Shown: piece after piece, positions 17,307 to 28,381 of the stretch
How the letters are laid out: every line of letters starts with the position of its first letter
Numbering within the stretch: the first letter of the stretch is position 1
Assembly (NCBI GenBank): GCA_963795645.1
Contig: CAWCIK010000005.1
Location: forward strand, 216,554-280,553
Reading direction: 5' to 3'
DNA: 64,000 bases
Source: an uncultured Chloroflexia bacterium
Lineage (GTDB): Bacteria; Chloroflexota; Limnocylindria; Limnocylindrales; CSP1-4
The notes under the pieces: model-generated
Told to the model about the DNA's origin: nothing
Database searches by the model: none
What the model saw: only the letters and a program-made list of their open reading frames with translations
Translations under genes and position numbers: made by a program

Positions 17307-18946
17307 TGGCCGATTGGCGCCGGCGCCGTGCCCGCTTCAATCACGTACGTCTTGTTGGCCTCGACGGTCTGCCAGTCACCCGCGCTCCCGTCCGGCCACG
17401 TGATGCGCACGTCCGCGCTGGTCGATTGACCCAGGCCAAAGTGGACAGGCACGAGCTCGCCGCTGACGTGGCCGCCACCGATCGTCAGCTCTCGTTGCTG
17501 TGTGCCATTCGCCGTCCGCACCTCGATCCACGAGCCGATCGCGTCGCGGTTTGGGCCTTCCTGCCTGAGGTCGAGCCCGATCCAGCTGCCCATCGGCTGC
17601 GGAGCCGACTCGGTCCCCGAGCCCACGTTGCGGTAGACGCGCACATTGGACACGCGGTCGACGATCACGAGATCCAGCAGGCCATCGTTGTTGAGATCCA
17701 CGATGACCGCGCCTCGCGACTTCTGGTACTGGTCGATGCCGCTGTCCGCGCCCGATTCCACGAAGGTTCCGTCGGGCTGCCCGAGGAACAGGTCGCTCGG
17801 GTCGTCCATCGCATAATCGGCGACCTGGTCGATGTTGCCCTTGGAGACGTACAGGTCGATACGTCCGTCGTTGTTGAGGTCCTGGAACTCAGAGTGCCAC
17901 GCAGTCGACGGCAGGTGGGTGTCACCGACATACGGCCGGGTTGCCGTCACACCGAGCTTGAGCGCGCTGTCGGCGTAGTCCGGCTGGCTCGCTCCGTCGG
18001 CGAGCATCTGGAGCTTGCTATCGCCCTGACTGGTCAGGTAGTAGTCGGGATAGCCGTCGCCGTTGACGTCGTAGTCGCCGATGCCCATGCCCCACACCTT
18101 GAGCGTCTGCCAGCCGTCCGCGGCCGTGTACTGCGTGGGCGGCTCGCCCGGCGCGACGCGCCACAGCTGCTCCTGGCCGTTGCTCAGCTCACCGTAGTAG
18201 TGACGGTCGTTGCTGACGCGCAGGTCGCGCCGGCCGGAGCGGTCCCAGTCGGTGAAGAGGAGCGATAGCGTGCACCATGATGGGGACAGCTCGATGGGCG
18301 CGGCAAAGCCCGCTCCGGCCGGCGCGGGATCGAAGAGCTGGTTGTCGACGCACGCCTGGGTGCCATCGGCCGCCTCGGGCGTCAGATAGTTGCCCACGGC
18401 AATCGTCGGCCACGTCGAACCAGTGTCCCACTTGGCGCTGAATGCGGTCGACCACTCGCTTCCGCCCGCAAACTGCCAGTCCTCGTTGGCACGCCGGAAG
18501 TCGCAGTTGCCCAGGCCGCGCAGCAGCACGTTCTCGCCGTGCCGGAGAACAGCCAGGTCGATGATCCCGTCACCGTCGAAGTCGATCGGGTACGCGCCGG
18601 TGACGGCGGTCATGTCGGTGGCGTCGCCCGGTCGCGCGGCGAAGCTGAGCGCTCCGCCCTTTTGCGACTGGTTGACGAAGAGTGTCGCAGGCGAGTCACC
18701 GCCGGCCAGGTACAGGTCCGGCAGGCCGTCGTCGTTGCAGTCGAATGCGGCCACGCCTCCTCCGACAAAGTAGTCGAACTCGCCCGTGTACTCGTGAACA
18801 ACGCCGGCGGCGAGGGCCTCATCGACAAAATGCGGCGGTGCACCGGCTGCGTCGGCAAGAAGTCGGGGCACGGTCACCGCGGCCAGCACTCCGACGGCGA
18901 TAAGGGCTGTCAGCGCTCCCGCGGCGACGAGTCGCCGATTGGTCAA
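17303..18946 (-). CDS. CRTAC1-family protein (FG-GAP/VCBS repeats plus ASPIC/UnbV C-terminal domain), N-terminal TM anchor
   Basis: Repeated FDCNDDGLPDLYL, DFDGDGIIDL, DYDVNGDGYPDYY, DLNNDGRIDLYV and DLNNDGLLDLVI motifs. The UnbV-like end is GGGHVSGELVPVHFGLG. The TTG start overlaps the upstream TGA. Confidence 0.75.
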   Translation of the reverse strand: MTNRRLVAAGALTALIAVGVLAAVTVPRLLADAAGAPPHFVDEALAAGVVHEYTGEFDYFVGGGVAAFDCNDDGLPDLYLAGGDSPATLFVNQSQKGGALSFAARPGDATDMTAVTGAYPIDFDGDGIIDLAVLRHGENVLLRGLGNCDFRRANEDWQFAGGSEWSTAFSAKWDTGSTWPTIAVGNYLTPEAADGTQACVDNQLFDPAPAGAGFAAPIELSPSWCTLSLLFTDWDRSGRRDLRVSNDRHYYGELSNGQEQLWRVAPGEPPTQYTAADGWQTLKVWGMGIGDYDVNGDGYPDYYLTSQGDSKLQMLADGASQPDYADSALKLGVTATRPYVGDTHLPSTAWHSEFQDLNNDGRIDLYVSKGNIDQVADYAMDDPSDLFLGQPDGTFVESGADSGIDQYQKSRGAVIVDLNNDGLLDLVIVDRVSNVRVYRNVGSGTESAPQPMGSWIGLDLRQEGPNRDAIGSWIEVRTANGTQQRELTIGGGHVSGELVPVHFGLGQSTSADVRITWPDGSAGDWQTVEANKTYVIEAGTAPAPIGQ

Positions 18947-19641
18947 TCGGCGCCGCGCGTCTCGGCGGCGGACGCCGTGGTGGGCAATGGCGCGGGGCCG
19001 CGCGCGCTGTAGCCGTACAGTGCGATCTCGTCGGCGCGCCCGTGATACATGGCCACATTTGCGGGCGTCCTGGCTCGGAAGCCGTCGACCAGCCGGTTGT
19101 ACATCGAGAAGCCGGCCGCGATCAGGATGGCCAGCTGGACATCACCGTCGCTGGCGCCGGCAGAGCAGGCCGCGTCAACATCGCCAAGGTTCAGCTCGCG
19201 GGCATCGCCCCCAACCTTGCGCGCGATGCGCAGAAGTGCCTGCATCTTCGGATCGAAACCCTGCGAGGAACCGGTCTTCAGAGTGTCCAGCAGCTCGATC
19301 GCACCGGTGTCGCTGTCGCGCTCCAGAAGCGCCGTGGCGTGCGCGGCGTGCGAGTCCATGCAGAAGAAGCAGTCATTGGCTGCCGAGACCGCTGTCGCGA
19401 TCATCTCGCGCTGCGCACGCGACAGCGTCGCACCTGGGTAATCATCGACGAGCAGCTGATCGGCGAGTCCGCGCAGATGCGTCCCCAGCTTGGGTGTCAG
19501 GCTCATCGCTACACCGATGCCCGGCACCTCGGGCAGGCCACCGACTATCGGCTCCTCCTGTGCGCGTTGCGCTCGTTCGTCGTCGCGTGCCATCTCAACC
19601 CCTGCAAGAACGGGAACCGGTCGTGAACATCGGCCGGACAA
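18943..19641 (-). CDS. Carboxymuconolactone decarboxylase (AhpD-like) family peroxidase-related protein
   Basis: CMD-domain signature LSRAQREMIATAVSAANDCFFCMDSHAAHA, with a CxxC pair. The true start may be the internal Met at 19593. Confidence 0.7.
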   Translation of the reverse strand: MSGRCSRPVPVLAGVEMARDDERAQRAQEEPIVGGLPEVPGIGVAMSLTPKLGTHLRGLADQLLVDDYPGATLSRAQREMIATAVSAANDCFFCMDSHAAHATALLERDSDTGAIELLDTLKTGSSQGFDPKMQALLRIARKVGGDARELNLGDVDAACSAGASDGDVQLAILIAAGFSMYNRLVDGFRARTPANVAMYHGRADEIALYGYSARGPAPLPTTASAAETRGAD

Positions 19642-19741
19642 GCCCCCGCCGTATGATGCCCCCGCTGAGGCGATCGCGTCGAACCGCCGACCCGGACGGA
19701 CCGGTCGCCCTCCTCACGAGAACGAGGGTTCAACCGTCACC

Positions 19742-21328
19742 ATGACCGCACGCACATTGACCTTGGGTGGCGCCAGCTATCCGGTCGTGCTGCCGACCCT
19801 TCGCGACCCGCGATTGCACGTCGCGACCGTGATCATCACGATCCACGTTCTGGGCCAGGTCTCGCTCGGCTTCGCCGTCAGCATCCCCCAGATCCTGGCC
19901 GCGATCGTCACCTGCGCGGTCATTGAGGTCGCGATTACTTTCCGCCAGACCCGGTCCCTGGTGTGGCCAGCGAGCGCGATGCTCACCGGCAGTGGCGTGG
20001 CGCTGATCCTGCGCGTCGTAGGGACGTCACCAAACGATCACTGGACGACCTATGGCTGGGAGACCTTCGCCATAGTCGCCGGTCTGTCCCTGCTGTCCAA
20101 GTACGTCATCAGATATCACGGCTCGCACGTCTTCAACCCGTCCAACATCGGCCTGGTAGTGACGTTCGTCGTCCTTGGCGCGTCGCGCGTGGAGCCGCTC
20201 GACTTCTGGTGGGGCCCGATCAGCCCCGGGCTCGTGCTGGCGTACGTAATGATTCTTGGCGGCGGCCTGCTCGTTACGCGCCGCCTGAGGCTGCTCGTTC
20301 TCGCCGCCTCGTTCTGGGCCGTGCTCGGCATCGGCCTGGGCGTGCTCGCGGCATCGGGCCATTGCATGACGGCCAACTGGGCTTTCTCGCCCGTGTGCGG
20401 CTTCGACTACTGGCGCGTGATCGTCACGTCGCCCGAGACGCTGATCTTTCTCTTCTTCATGATCACGGACCCCAAGACCGTTCCCGGCGGCCGGGTAGGT
20501 CGCGTCGTCTTCGGGTCTCTCGTTGCGGTCGCCAGCGTGCTGGGAATGGCAACGCAGAGCGACGAGTTCGGGACGAAGGTGGCTCTGCTTGCCGGCCTCG
20601 TTGTCCTGTGTGCGGCGCGCCCGCTGCTCGACCGTCTCATTCCCGCGGCGAAAGCGACGAACGACACATTCCGAGCCTTCTTCGGCGGGCTCGTGCTCGG
20701 CGACCCCGTGTCGACCCGGCTGTCACGCCGCGTGGCGGGAGTCGGCGTGACGATCTTCGCGCTGCTGCTGTTTCCGGTCGCGGTCGTGCTGGCGGGGACT
20801 CCGTCGCGCGGCTACGTAACCCCCGACACAACCGAGCTCCTGACCCGGACACCGATACATATCGATCCGGCCACCCTGCCGTCGATAACAGTTGCCCAGG
20901 ACGTCATCGATTTCGACCATGACCTTGCCGACACGGGAATTCAGCAGGTGCTGGTGACCCTGGCCCAGAACCTGGAGGTCGAGAACCAGGCCCTGCTTCG
21001 GGGCGACGAGTCATTGCTCGAGGCCGTGGATCACGGCGACCGTCTGATCCAGATGCAGGCCGCCCTCAGCGAAGCCCAGTCAAGCGGCATGACGACGTTG
21101 CGCCATTACCACTTCGACACCGTGGACGTGTCGCTGCTCGTGCCTTTTGGCAAGCAGACGGGCCTCAGCCTGGGCTTCCACGGCACAGGCACGGTCACGA
21201 TCGAGACCTACGACAGCTCGGGCAGCATGCAGTCGACGACAACGGAGCCGTTCGACACGATGTTCGCGGTTCGCCGCGCGACAGGTGACCGGTGGCTGAA
21301 CGTGGGTGAGCTGCCACCGCCGAGCTAG
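19742..21328 (+). CDS. Polytopic membrane protein (possibly RnfD/NqrB-like fold) with a roughly 200-aa C-terminal extracytoplasmic domain
   Basis: Internal ATG at 19742. The sequence SYPVVLPTLRDPRLHVATVIITIHVLGQVSLGF is followed by about 9 hydrophobic helices and then a soluble domain. The family assignment is from memory only. Confidence 0.5.
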   Translation: MTARTLTLGGASYPVVLPTLRDPRLHVATVIITIHVLGQVSLGFAVSIPQILAAIVTCAVIEVAITFRQTRSLVWPASAMLTGSGVALILRVVGTSPNDHWTTYGWETFAIVAGLSLLSKYVIRYHGSHVFNPSNIGLVVTFVVLGASRVEPLDFWWGPISPGLVLAYVMILGGGLLVTRRLRLLVLAASFWAVLGIGLGVLAASGHCMTANWAFSPVCGFDYWRVIVTSPETLIFLFFMITDPKTVPGGRVGRVVFGSLVAVASVLGMATQSDEFGTKVALLAGLVVLCAARPLLDRLIPAAKATNDTFRAFFGGLVLGDPVSTRLSRRVAGVGVTIFALLLFPVAVVLAGTPSRGYVTPDTTELLTRTPIHIDPATLPSITVAQDVIDFDHDLADTGIQQVLVTLAQNLEVENQALLRGDESLLEAVDHGDRLIQMQAALSEAQSSGMTTLRHYHFDTVDVSLLVPFGKQTGLSLGFHGTGTVTIETYDSSGSMQSTTTEPFDTMFAVRRATGDRWLNVGELPPPS

Positions 21329-21344
21329 ACGCCGCGTCGCGCGG

Positions 21345-22052
21345 CTAGCCCCAGGATTGCTCGGTAACCGGGCGGAAGGCGACCTCGAGGATGCGGTGGT
21401 TGCGCGGCCTGGTGAGCACGAACAGGATCGTCTCGGCGACATCCTGGGGGCGCATCATGCCGGCCAACGCGGGCATATCGGGCGTTCGCCCGGTGCCCAT
21501 GGCGAAGTCTGTTGCGACTCCGCCGGGGCAGACGTTCGTGCAACGGATGCCAAGCGGCAGCAGCTCGTGGTCGAGGGCGCTGGTCAGACCGACCTGGGCG
21601 AATTTCGAAGAGCAGTAGACAGCCTCGTTGGGCAGGCCCCGGCGGCCCGCCTCGCTCGCGACCGTGACGACGTCCGCGGCGTCGCTGTTCATCAACTGAG
21701 GCAGCGCAGCGCGCAGCGTATAGATGAGGCCTTTCACGTTCGTGTCGATCATGTCCTCGATCTGCTCGTCGGGCACTTCGAGGAACGGCCCGTAGCCGCC
21801 GACTCCGGCGTTGCCGATGACGATGTCGAGCGCACCGTACGTCTCGACCGTGGCAGCGACCATCGCCTGCACTGACTGAGGATCGCGCACATCGCACGCG
21901 CGGACGAGCGCACCCTCGACGCCCGGGTTCTCGCCGCGGCGCGACGCGAGGGCAAGGCGAACGCCGTTCTCGGCGAGGAGTCTTGCCGTCGCGGCGCCTA
22001 TGCCACGACCCGCTCCGGTGATTAACGCGACACGTCCAGCCAAGCGTTCCAT
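21345..22052 (-). CDS. SDR family oxidoreductase
   Basis: Contains TGAGRGIG (TGxxxGxG), NAG, and the catalytic YCSSK (YxxxK). Confidence 0.85.
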   Translation of the reverse strand: MERLAGRVALITGAGRGIGAATARLLAENGVRLALASRRGENPGVEGALVRACDVRDPQSVQAMVAATVETYGALDIVIGNAGVGGYGPFLEVPDEQIEDMIDTNVKGLIYTLRAALPQLMNSDAADVVTVASEAGRRGLPNEAVYCSSKFAQVGLTSALDHELLPLGIRCTNVCPGGVATDFAMGTGRTPDMPALAGMMRPQDVAETILFVLTRPRNHRILEVAFRPVTEQSWG

Positions 22053-22150
22053 TCGATCGACTCTCCAGGTAAAGAAAATCAGCGCTTGACTGCGCCGCGT
22101 GAGATTGTAGGAGTCTTACACAATCATTTGGCGCAGAGGATTACAAACTG

Positions 22151-23394
22151 TTGGATCAGCGCCGCCTGGAACTTGGTCTCCGAAGCGAAACGATCCGCCG
22201 CGCGAACCTGAGCGCGATCGTTCGCGCTCTGCACGTCAACGGTCCTCTCTCGCGCTCTGAGCTCGGCGCGCGCACCGGCCTGACGCGCAGCTGCCATTCG
22301 CGTGCTCATCGGTGAGCTGACACATGCCGGCCTGGTGGAAGAGACCAGCGGGCTGCTGCTTGGCATGCCCGGCCGCCCTTCGACCCTCGTCCGCATGCGT
22401 GCCGATAGGGCGGTCGTTCTGGCGCTGGAGATCGCGGTCGACTATCTCGCTGCGGCGATCGTCGGTCTCGGCGGTCAGGTTCTCCGCTCGGCGCGCATCG
22501 ACCGTCAGCGCAGCAGAGTCATCGGCGGACGAGACGATCGCCGATCTCGCACGAGTTGCGCGAACCCTTGGGGACTTCGAGGACGGCGCACACGGCCACG
22601 AGCAGCTGGTCGGGCGTGGCCGTGGCCTTCTGCGGGATCGTCCGGCGGACTGATGGCGTCGTTGTCATGGCGCCGAACCTGGGCTGGTCGGAGGTGCCTC
22701 TCGGCCAGCTCGTCGGCGAGGCGCTAGGGACGAGCGTCAACGTGCTCGTCGCAAACGAGGCTGACCTCGGCGCGCTCGCGGAGCACCGGCGCGGGCGCGG
22801 TGCCGGGATCGACGACCTGCTGTTCATCTCAGGCGAGGTCGGCGTCGGCGGTGGCCTGATCGTCGACGGACGGCCCATGACCGGTGCGTTTGGCTTCGGC
22901 GGCGAAGTCGGACACATGCCGCTCAACCCGGATGGTCGCCCCTGCGGCTGCGGCTCGACAGGCTGCTGGGAGACCGAGATGCGGCGAGACGGCACTCCTG
23001 ACCGCGCCGGCCTGCCCGTCGAACGGCGGCCGTGGCGCGGTCGACGAGGTGCTGCGTCGCGCGGCCCGAGGCGACGAGCAGGCCTGGCTGCCCTGGAACA
23101 TCTCGGTAGCATGGCTTGGGCGCGGCATCGCAGGACTTGTCAATATGCTTCAATCCGCGCCTGGTCGTCGTTGGCGGGCTCTTTGCCCGGGTCTATCCAT
23201 ACATCGAGGAGCGGATGAACAAGGACGCGGCCAGGTTGGCGCTTCGGCCCTCATCTGCGGTGGTTTCGATCGTGCCGTCGGCGCTGGGTGTCGAGGCTCC
23301 CTTGCTCGGAGCTGCCGAGCTGGCCTTCGAGCAATTGCTCGACGATCCAACCTCGGTGACTGAAAAAGTGTCTTCACAGAATGGAGGGTGGTAG
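22151..23394 (+). pseudogene. ROK-family transcriptional repressor (XylR/NagC-like), heavily frameshifted as assembled
   Basis: An HTH part (RRANLSAIVRALHVNGPLSRSELGARTGLTRS / IGELTHAGLVEE) is followed by a ROK sugar-kinase fold (GGEVGHMPLNPDGRPCGCGSTGCWETE, NPRLVVVGGLFARVYPY). These segments are spread over all three forward frames, with at least 5 and probably about 9 switches near 22288, 22510, 22615, 22980, 23003, 23025, 23083, 23110 and 23148. Confidence 0.7.
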
Positions 23395-23456
23395 CGTAAG
23401 GAGAGCGGTAAGACGAGGGGGGCGTGTCGTGTAACTCAACAGAGGAGGAGTACTAC

Positions 23457-24724
23457 ATGTTCAATAGGCGAGCCGTGGCCCTGTTCGCGACCTTGGTGGT
23501 CGTGGCGGCCGCGTGCGGTGGCAGTGGGGCGACAACGGCACCTGCCACGCAGGCACCTGCAACGCAGGCACCTGCCACCCAGGCACCGGCAACGGAGGCG
23601 CCTGTAACGCAGGCACCTGCAACAGAAGCGCCCATGTCGGAGGCGCCCAGCGCAACCGCATGCAAGGTCGGCGTGTCGTGGAACAACTTCCAGCAGCCAC
23701 GCTGGGCAGCACACGACCAGCCGAATATCAAGTCGACGGTCGAGGCCGCTGGCGGAACATACCTCGACTTTGACGCGAACCTGAGCAACGAGCAGCAGGC
23801 GACGGACATCCAGACCATGCTCAACCAGGGCGTCAACGTCCTGATCGTGCTGGCCCAGGACACCACCGCAGTCACTGCCGTCCATCCAGGCCGCGCATGA
23901 TGCGAACGTTCCTGTCATCGCATACGACCGCCTGATCGAGGATCCTTCAGATCCTGTACATCACGTTCGACAACGTCGGCGTCGGCCAGGCAGAGGCATC
24001 CGCGATTCTCGCCAAGGTCCCGCCCGGCACGACGGACGCGCCCGCGAATTACGTCCTGATCAAGGGCGACCCGGGCGACCCGAATGCCTCGACCTTCCTG
24101 CCGAGTGGCTGGGACAATGCCGGCCTCAAGGCCGCCGTTGATGCGGGCACCATCAATATCCTTAACGGACCTGACGGCACGTTCACCGACGCGTGGAAGA
24201 CCGAGAAGGCCCAGTCGAACATGGAAGCGATCATCGACAAGGCCGTCTCTGACGGCACGCCGATCGACGCGATCCTGGCCGAGAACGACAGCACGGCGCT
24301 CGGCGTCGTGGGTGCGCTCACGGCCAAGAGCTATGGCTATCCGCCCCTCAGCGGTCAGGACGGCGACATCGCCAACCTGAACAATGTGGCGCTTGGCAAG
24401 CAGTACGTCGACGTTTGGAAGAACGCCAACGAGCTCGGCAAGACAGCCGGTGCTGCTGCACTGTCACTCTGCGCGGGCGGCGATATGGCCTCCCTGACAC
24501 TTCAGGACGGCCTGATCGATCCGTCCGTCGCGCCGACGGCAGGTCTGACGGCTCAGCCGTTCACGACCCCGGGTGGCAACACGGTCAGCTCGTTCATCCT
24601 CCAGCCCACGCCGCTCACCGCGGACAACCTCCAGTTGGCCGTAGACGGCGGGCAGATCACCAAGGACCAGCTCTGCGCGGGCGTCGATCCGACGTCGGCG
24701 ACGGCACCAGCCGCCTGCCAGTAG
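23457..24724 (+). pseudogene. xylF: Sugar (xylose-type) ABC transporter substrate-binding lipoprotein, two frameshifts as assembled
   Basis: Signal peptide with lipobox (VVVAAACGG) and an APATQ-repeat linker. The periplasmic-binding fold (KVGVSWNNFQQPRW / NVPVIAYDRLIEDP / ILYITFDNVGVGQ / ILAENDSTALGV) switches frame near 23871 and 23948. Confidence 0.75.
23538..23630 (+). repeat. In-frame 15-nt tandem repeat (about 6 copies) encoding (A-P-A-T-Q/E)n linker
   Basis: Units such as gcacctgccacgcag and gcacctgcaacgcag encode APATQAPATQAPATQAPATEAPVTQAPATEAP. Confidence 0.7.
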
Positions 24725-24751
24725 CAGTCTGACGACTGATCTAGTCAAACG

Positions 24752-24784
24752 GACCTGCGCCCCCGGAAGCCCGGGGCGCAGGTC
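24752..24784 (+). terminator. Strong hairpin after the binding-protein gene (intra-operon attenuator or terminator)
   Basis: GACCTGCGCCCCGG-aagc-CCGGGGCGCAGGTC is followed by GTTTCT. It lies 28 nt after the xylF stop. Confidence 0.5.
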
Positions 24785-24837
24785 GTTTCTCGACCACGTC
24801 CTGCTCCGAAACCGATCAGCGACCAGGGAGGGCCATC

Positions 24838-26266
24838 GTGACGAACGTGGCCGAGCACGGCGCCGGTTCAGGGTCAGGCCCGACAGCCTTCGCGCCGATC
24901 GATCCGCGGGCTCTTTGCCCAGACCGAGATCGATCTGCGGCTGTTCGGGATGCTTGTCGCCCTCGCGCTCATCTTGCTGACGTTCAACGTCCTGAGCGAC
25001 GGCAAGCTGATCCAGCCGGTGAACATCCTCACGATGGCTGTCCAGGCGTGCGGCATCGCGATCATCGCGACCGGGATGGTCCTCGTCATCGTCTCGCGCA
25101 ACATCGACCTCTCGGTCGGTTCGCTCGTCGGGCTGATCTCGATGAGCTACGCGCTGCTGATGACGGACTGGTTTCCGCACATCTTCGGCATCGGGCCTGA
25201 CGTTCCCTTCCAGTGGGCGCTGGCGCTGGTCTTCGGCATCGGCATCGGTGCCGCTGTTGGCGCGCTCCAGGGCTTCATCATCGCCTACATCGGCGTGCCG
25301 TCGTTCATCGTCACCCTCGGCGGGCTGCTCGCGATCCGCGGCTTGATCTGGTACCAGTCGCAGGGAGCCGCCGTCACTGGCCTCGATCCCACTTTCCAGC
25401 TCATCGGCGGCGGCGCGCTCGGCTCGGCGGGCGAGCTCGTCACCTGGGCGATCGGAATCATCGGCTGTATCGCCATCATCGGACTGCTCTACAACAATCG
25501 GCGTCAACGCCGGCGCTACGGCTTCCCGCTCCGTCCCATGTGGGCTGAGGTGCTCATCGCGACCGTCGGAAGCGCCGCGGCGCTCGGCCTGTCGTGGTTC
25601 GCGAACAACAGCTTCTGGCCCAAGGGTCTCGCCCAGAGGTACGCGGAGGCGAATGGCATCACGCCACCTCCCGGTGGACTGCTGATCCCGACCGGCTTTC
25701 CCTACCCGGTCCTGTTGCTCATAGGCGTGACCCTGGCCATGACCTGGCTCGCGAGCCGGCGCCGTTTCGGCCGCTATGTCTACGCCTACGGCGGCAACCC
25801 TGACGCGGCCGATCTGGCCGGCATCAACACGCGCTGGACGATCCTCAAGACCTTCGTCCTGATGGGCGTGCTGTGCGCGCTCGCGGCCGCCATCGCCGCC
25901 GCCCGACTGAACGGCTCCACGCTCGATATCGGTACCAGCTACGAGCTCTACGTCATCGCCGCCGCAGTGGTTGGCGGCACGTCGTTTGCCGGTGGCATCG
26001 GCACCATTCCGGGTGCCGTCATAGGCGCGTTCGTGATGCAGTCACTGTCATACGGGCTGAGCTTCATCGGCGTCAACTCGCCCGGCCAGAACGTGGTCGC
26101 CGGCGTGGTGCTCATCCTCGCGGTCGGCTTCGACACCTGGAATCGTCGCCGTGGCGGCGCGCTTGAGCGAAAGGAGGGACCGAGACATGACCGTCGCAAC
26201 CCAGAGCCCCCTCGTCGAGATGCGCAACATCAACATCGCGTTCGGCGGCGTGCATGCCGTGCGTGA
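24838..26266 (+). pseudogene. xylH: Sugar ABC transporter permease (XylH-like), N-terminal frameshift as assembled
   Basis: A GTG at 24838 has a strong GGGAGGG 6 nt upstream. The conserved body (LFAQTEIDLRLFGMLVALALI..., IVSRNIDLSVGS) is in the +1 frame, which carries a stop at 24839 and no start codon before 24950. A frame switch between about 24840 and 24910 is therefore required. The 3' end overlaps the next gene by 80 nt, which may hide another indel. Confidence 0.7.
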
Positions 26267-26976
26267 CGTCTCGGTCGACCTCTATCCCGGCGAGCTGATC
26301 GGGCTGGTCGGACACAACGGCGCCGGCAAAACGACGCTGATGCGCGCGCTTTCAGGCGCGCATCCGGCCGACAGCGGCCAGATCTTGATCGAAGGCAAGC
26401 CGGCGAGCATCAAGAACCCGCGCGACGCCAAGAACTACGCGATCGGAACGATCTACCAGACCCTGGCACTGGCCGAGAACATCGATGCGCCCGGCAACAT
26501 GTTCCTGGGGCGCGAGCTGACAACGCGTATCGGCTCGCTCGACGACTCGAGCATGGAGTCCGAGACGCGCAAGATCATGAACCGGCTCAATCCCAACTTC
26601 ACAAATTTCAAGCAGCCCGTCGAGCACCTGTCAGGCGGTCAGCGCCAGGCGATTGCCATCGCCCGTGCTATCTACTTCAACGCCAAGATCCTGATCATGG
26701 ACGAGCCGACGGCCGCTCTCGGCCCGGCTGAGACGGCGCAGGTCCACAGCCTGGTCCGCCAGCTGAAGGCCGACGGCATCGGCATCTTCCTGGTCAGCCA
26801 CGACATCCACGATGTCTTCGACCTGTCCGACCGGATATGCGTCATGTACCACGGCCGCGTCGTCGCATGTCGTCAAGCCAGCCGACGTGACTTCTGACGA
26901 GGTGCTGGGCATGATCATCCTCGGCAAGAAGCGCGGCGAGGCGACGGAGGAGGAGCTCGCGGAGCTCGCTACCTGA
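26187..26976 (+). pseudogene. xylG: Sugar ABC transporter ATP-binding protein (XylG-like, single ABC domain), C-terminal frameshift as assembled
   Basis: ATG at 26187 after GAAAGGAGGG. Contains [24 protein letters not shown] and [11 protein letters not shown]. After GRVV (about 26865) the conserved tail [35 protein letters not shown] continues in another frame to the TGA at 26976. Confidence 0.8.
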
Positions 26977-27018
26977 GACGCACGGCGCACGGGCGTCGCT
27001 GGAGAGGGAGAGCCCGAC

Positions 27019-28371
27019 GTGCCTGATTTCTTTGCCGACGTGCCCGACCGTATTCCTTTCGGCGGGCTCGACTCGGACGAAGCGCTGAGCTTCAAGGTGT
27101 ACGAACCGGATCGAGTCGTCCTCGGCAAGCGCATGGAGGATCACCTCCGGGCCGGGGTCTGCTTCTGGCACTCGTTCGCCTGGGATGGTCGCGACATGTT
27201 CGGCATCGGCACGATGGACCGGCCGTGGCTGACGGCCACGGATGACGAGATGGCCGCGCGCCCGGACGAAGATGGCCGTCGCGTTCGAGTTTTTCTCGAA
27301 GCTGGGTACGCGCTACTACTGCTTCCACGATCGCGACGTCTCGCCCGAGGGCGACAGCTACCGCGACTTTCCGCGACGAACCTGGACGCGCTCGCGGATG
27401 ACGCCGCCGGGTACCAGGAGCGGACCGGCGTCCGCCTCCTGTGGGGCACGGCCAACCTGTTCACCCATCCGCGCTACCAGGCCGGCGCCGCGACGAACCC
27501 CGACCCGGCAGGTGTTCGCGTACGCGGCCGCGCAGGTCAAGCACATGCTCGAGGTCACGCAGCGCCTGGGCGGCGAGAACTACGTCCTGTGGGGCGGTCG
27601 CGAGGGCTACGACACGCTGCTCAATACCGACCTGCGTCGCGAGGCAGACGCAGCTCGCTCGATTTCTGCACCTCGTCGCCGAGCACAAGGCGAAGATCGG
27701 CTTCACCGGACAGTTGCTGATCGAGCCCAAGCCAATGGAGCCGACCAAGCACCAGTACGACTACGACGTCCAGACGGTCTACGGCTTCCTGGTCAAGAAC
27801 GGCCTTGAGCACGAATACAAGGTCAACATCGAGGCCAACCACGCCACCCTGGCCGGCCACAGTTTCCACCACGAGGTGGCATATCGCCGTGGCCAACGGC
27901 GTCATGGGCAGCGTCGACGCCAATCGCGGCGATCCCCAGAACGGCTGGGACACGGACCAGTTCCCGAACTCGGTCGAGGATCTGGCCATGCCGATCTACG
28001 AGATCCTGCACAACGGTGGGTTGGCTCCGGGCGGCTTCAACTTCGACGCCAAGCTGAGGCGCCAGAGCATCGACCGTAACGATCTCTTCTATGCCCACAT
28101 CGGCGGGCTGGACACCCTCGCGCGGGCGCTGCTCGTCGCTGCCTCGATGACCGAGAACGATGCGTTGGGCCGGCTGCGCGATGAACGCTACGCCGGCTGG
28201 GACGGAGACCTGGGCAAGTCAATTCGTGATGGACAAGTCTCGCTCGCCGAACTCGAGCAACGCGTCGCCGAAGGCACGATCAACCCGAATCGGGCGTCGG
28301 GTCATCAGGAAATGCTCGAGAACATCGTCAACCAGCACATCTGGTCGGTCGAACGCAGCGCGCATAGCTGA
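27019..28371 (+). pseudogene. xylA: Xylose isomerase (class II, about 450 aa), five frameshifts as assembled
   Basis: It is collinear with class II XylA along its whole length: [128 protein letters not shown]. The frame changes near 27262, 27372, 27505, 27650 and 27885. Confidence 0.88.
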
Positions 28372-28381
28372 ACGGCGATCA

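Noticed and set aside
22053-22150. A sigma-70 promoter for the ROK gene (TTGACT at about 22086).
   Set aside because: No acceptable -10 hexamer lies at 16-19 nt spacing. The ROK 5' end itself is uncertain because of the frame problems.
23538-23630. Short tandem repeats here and at 34417, 51063 and 56755, considered as a CRISPR-like or non-coding repeat array.
   Set aside because: The units are 6-24 nt, contiguous without spacers, in frame, and encode Pro/Thr/Ala linkers inside exported proteins.
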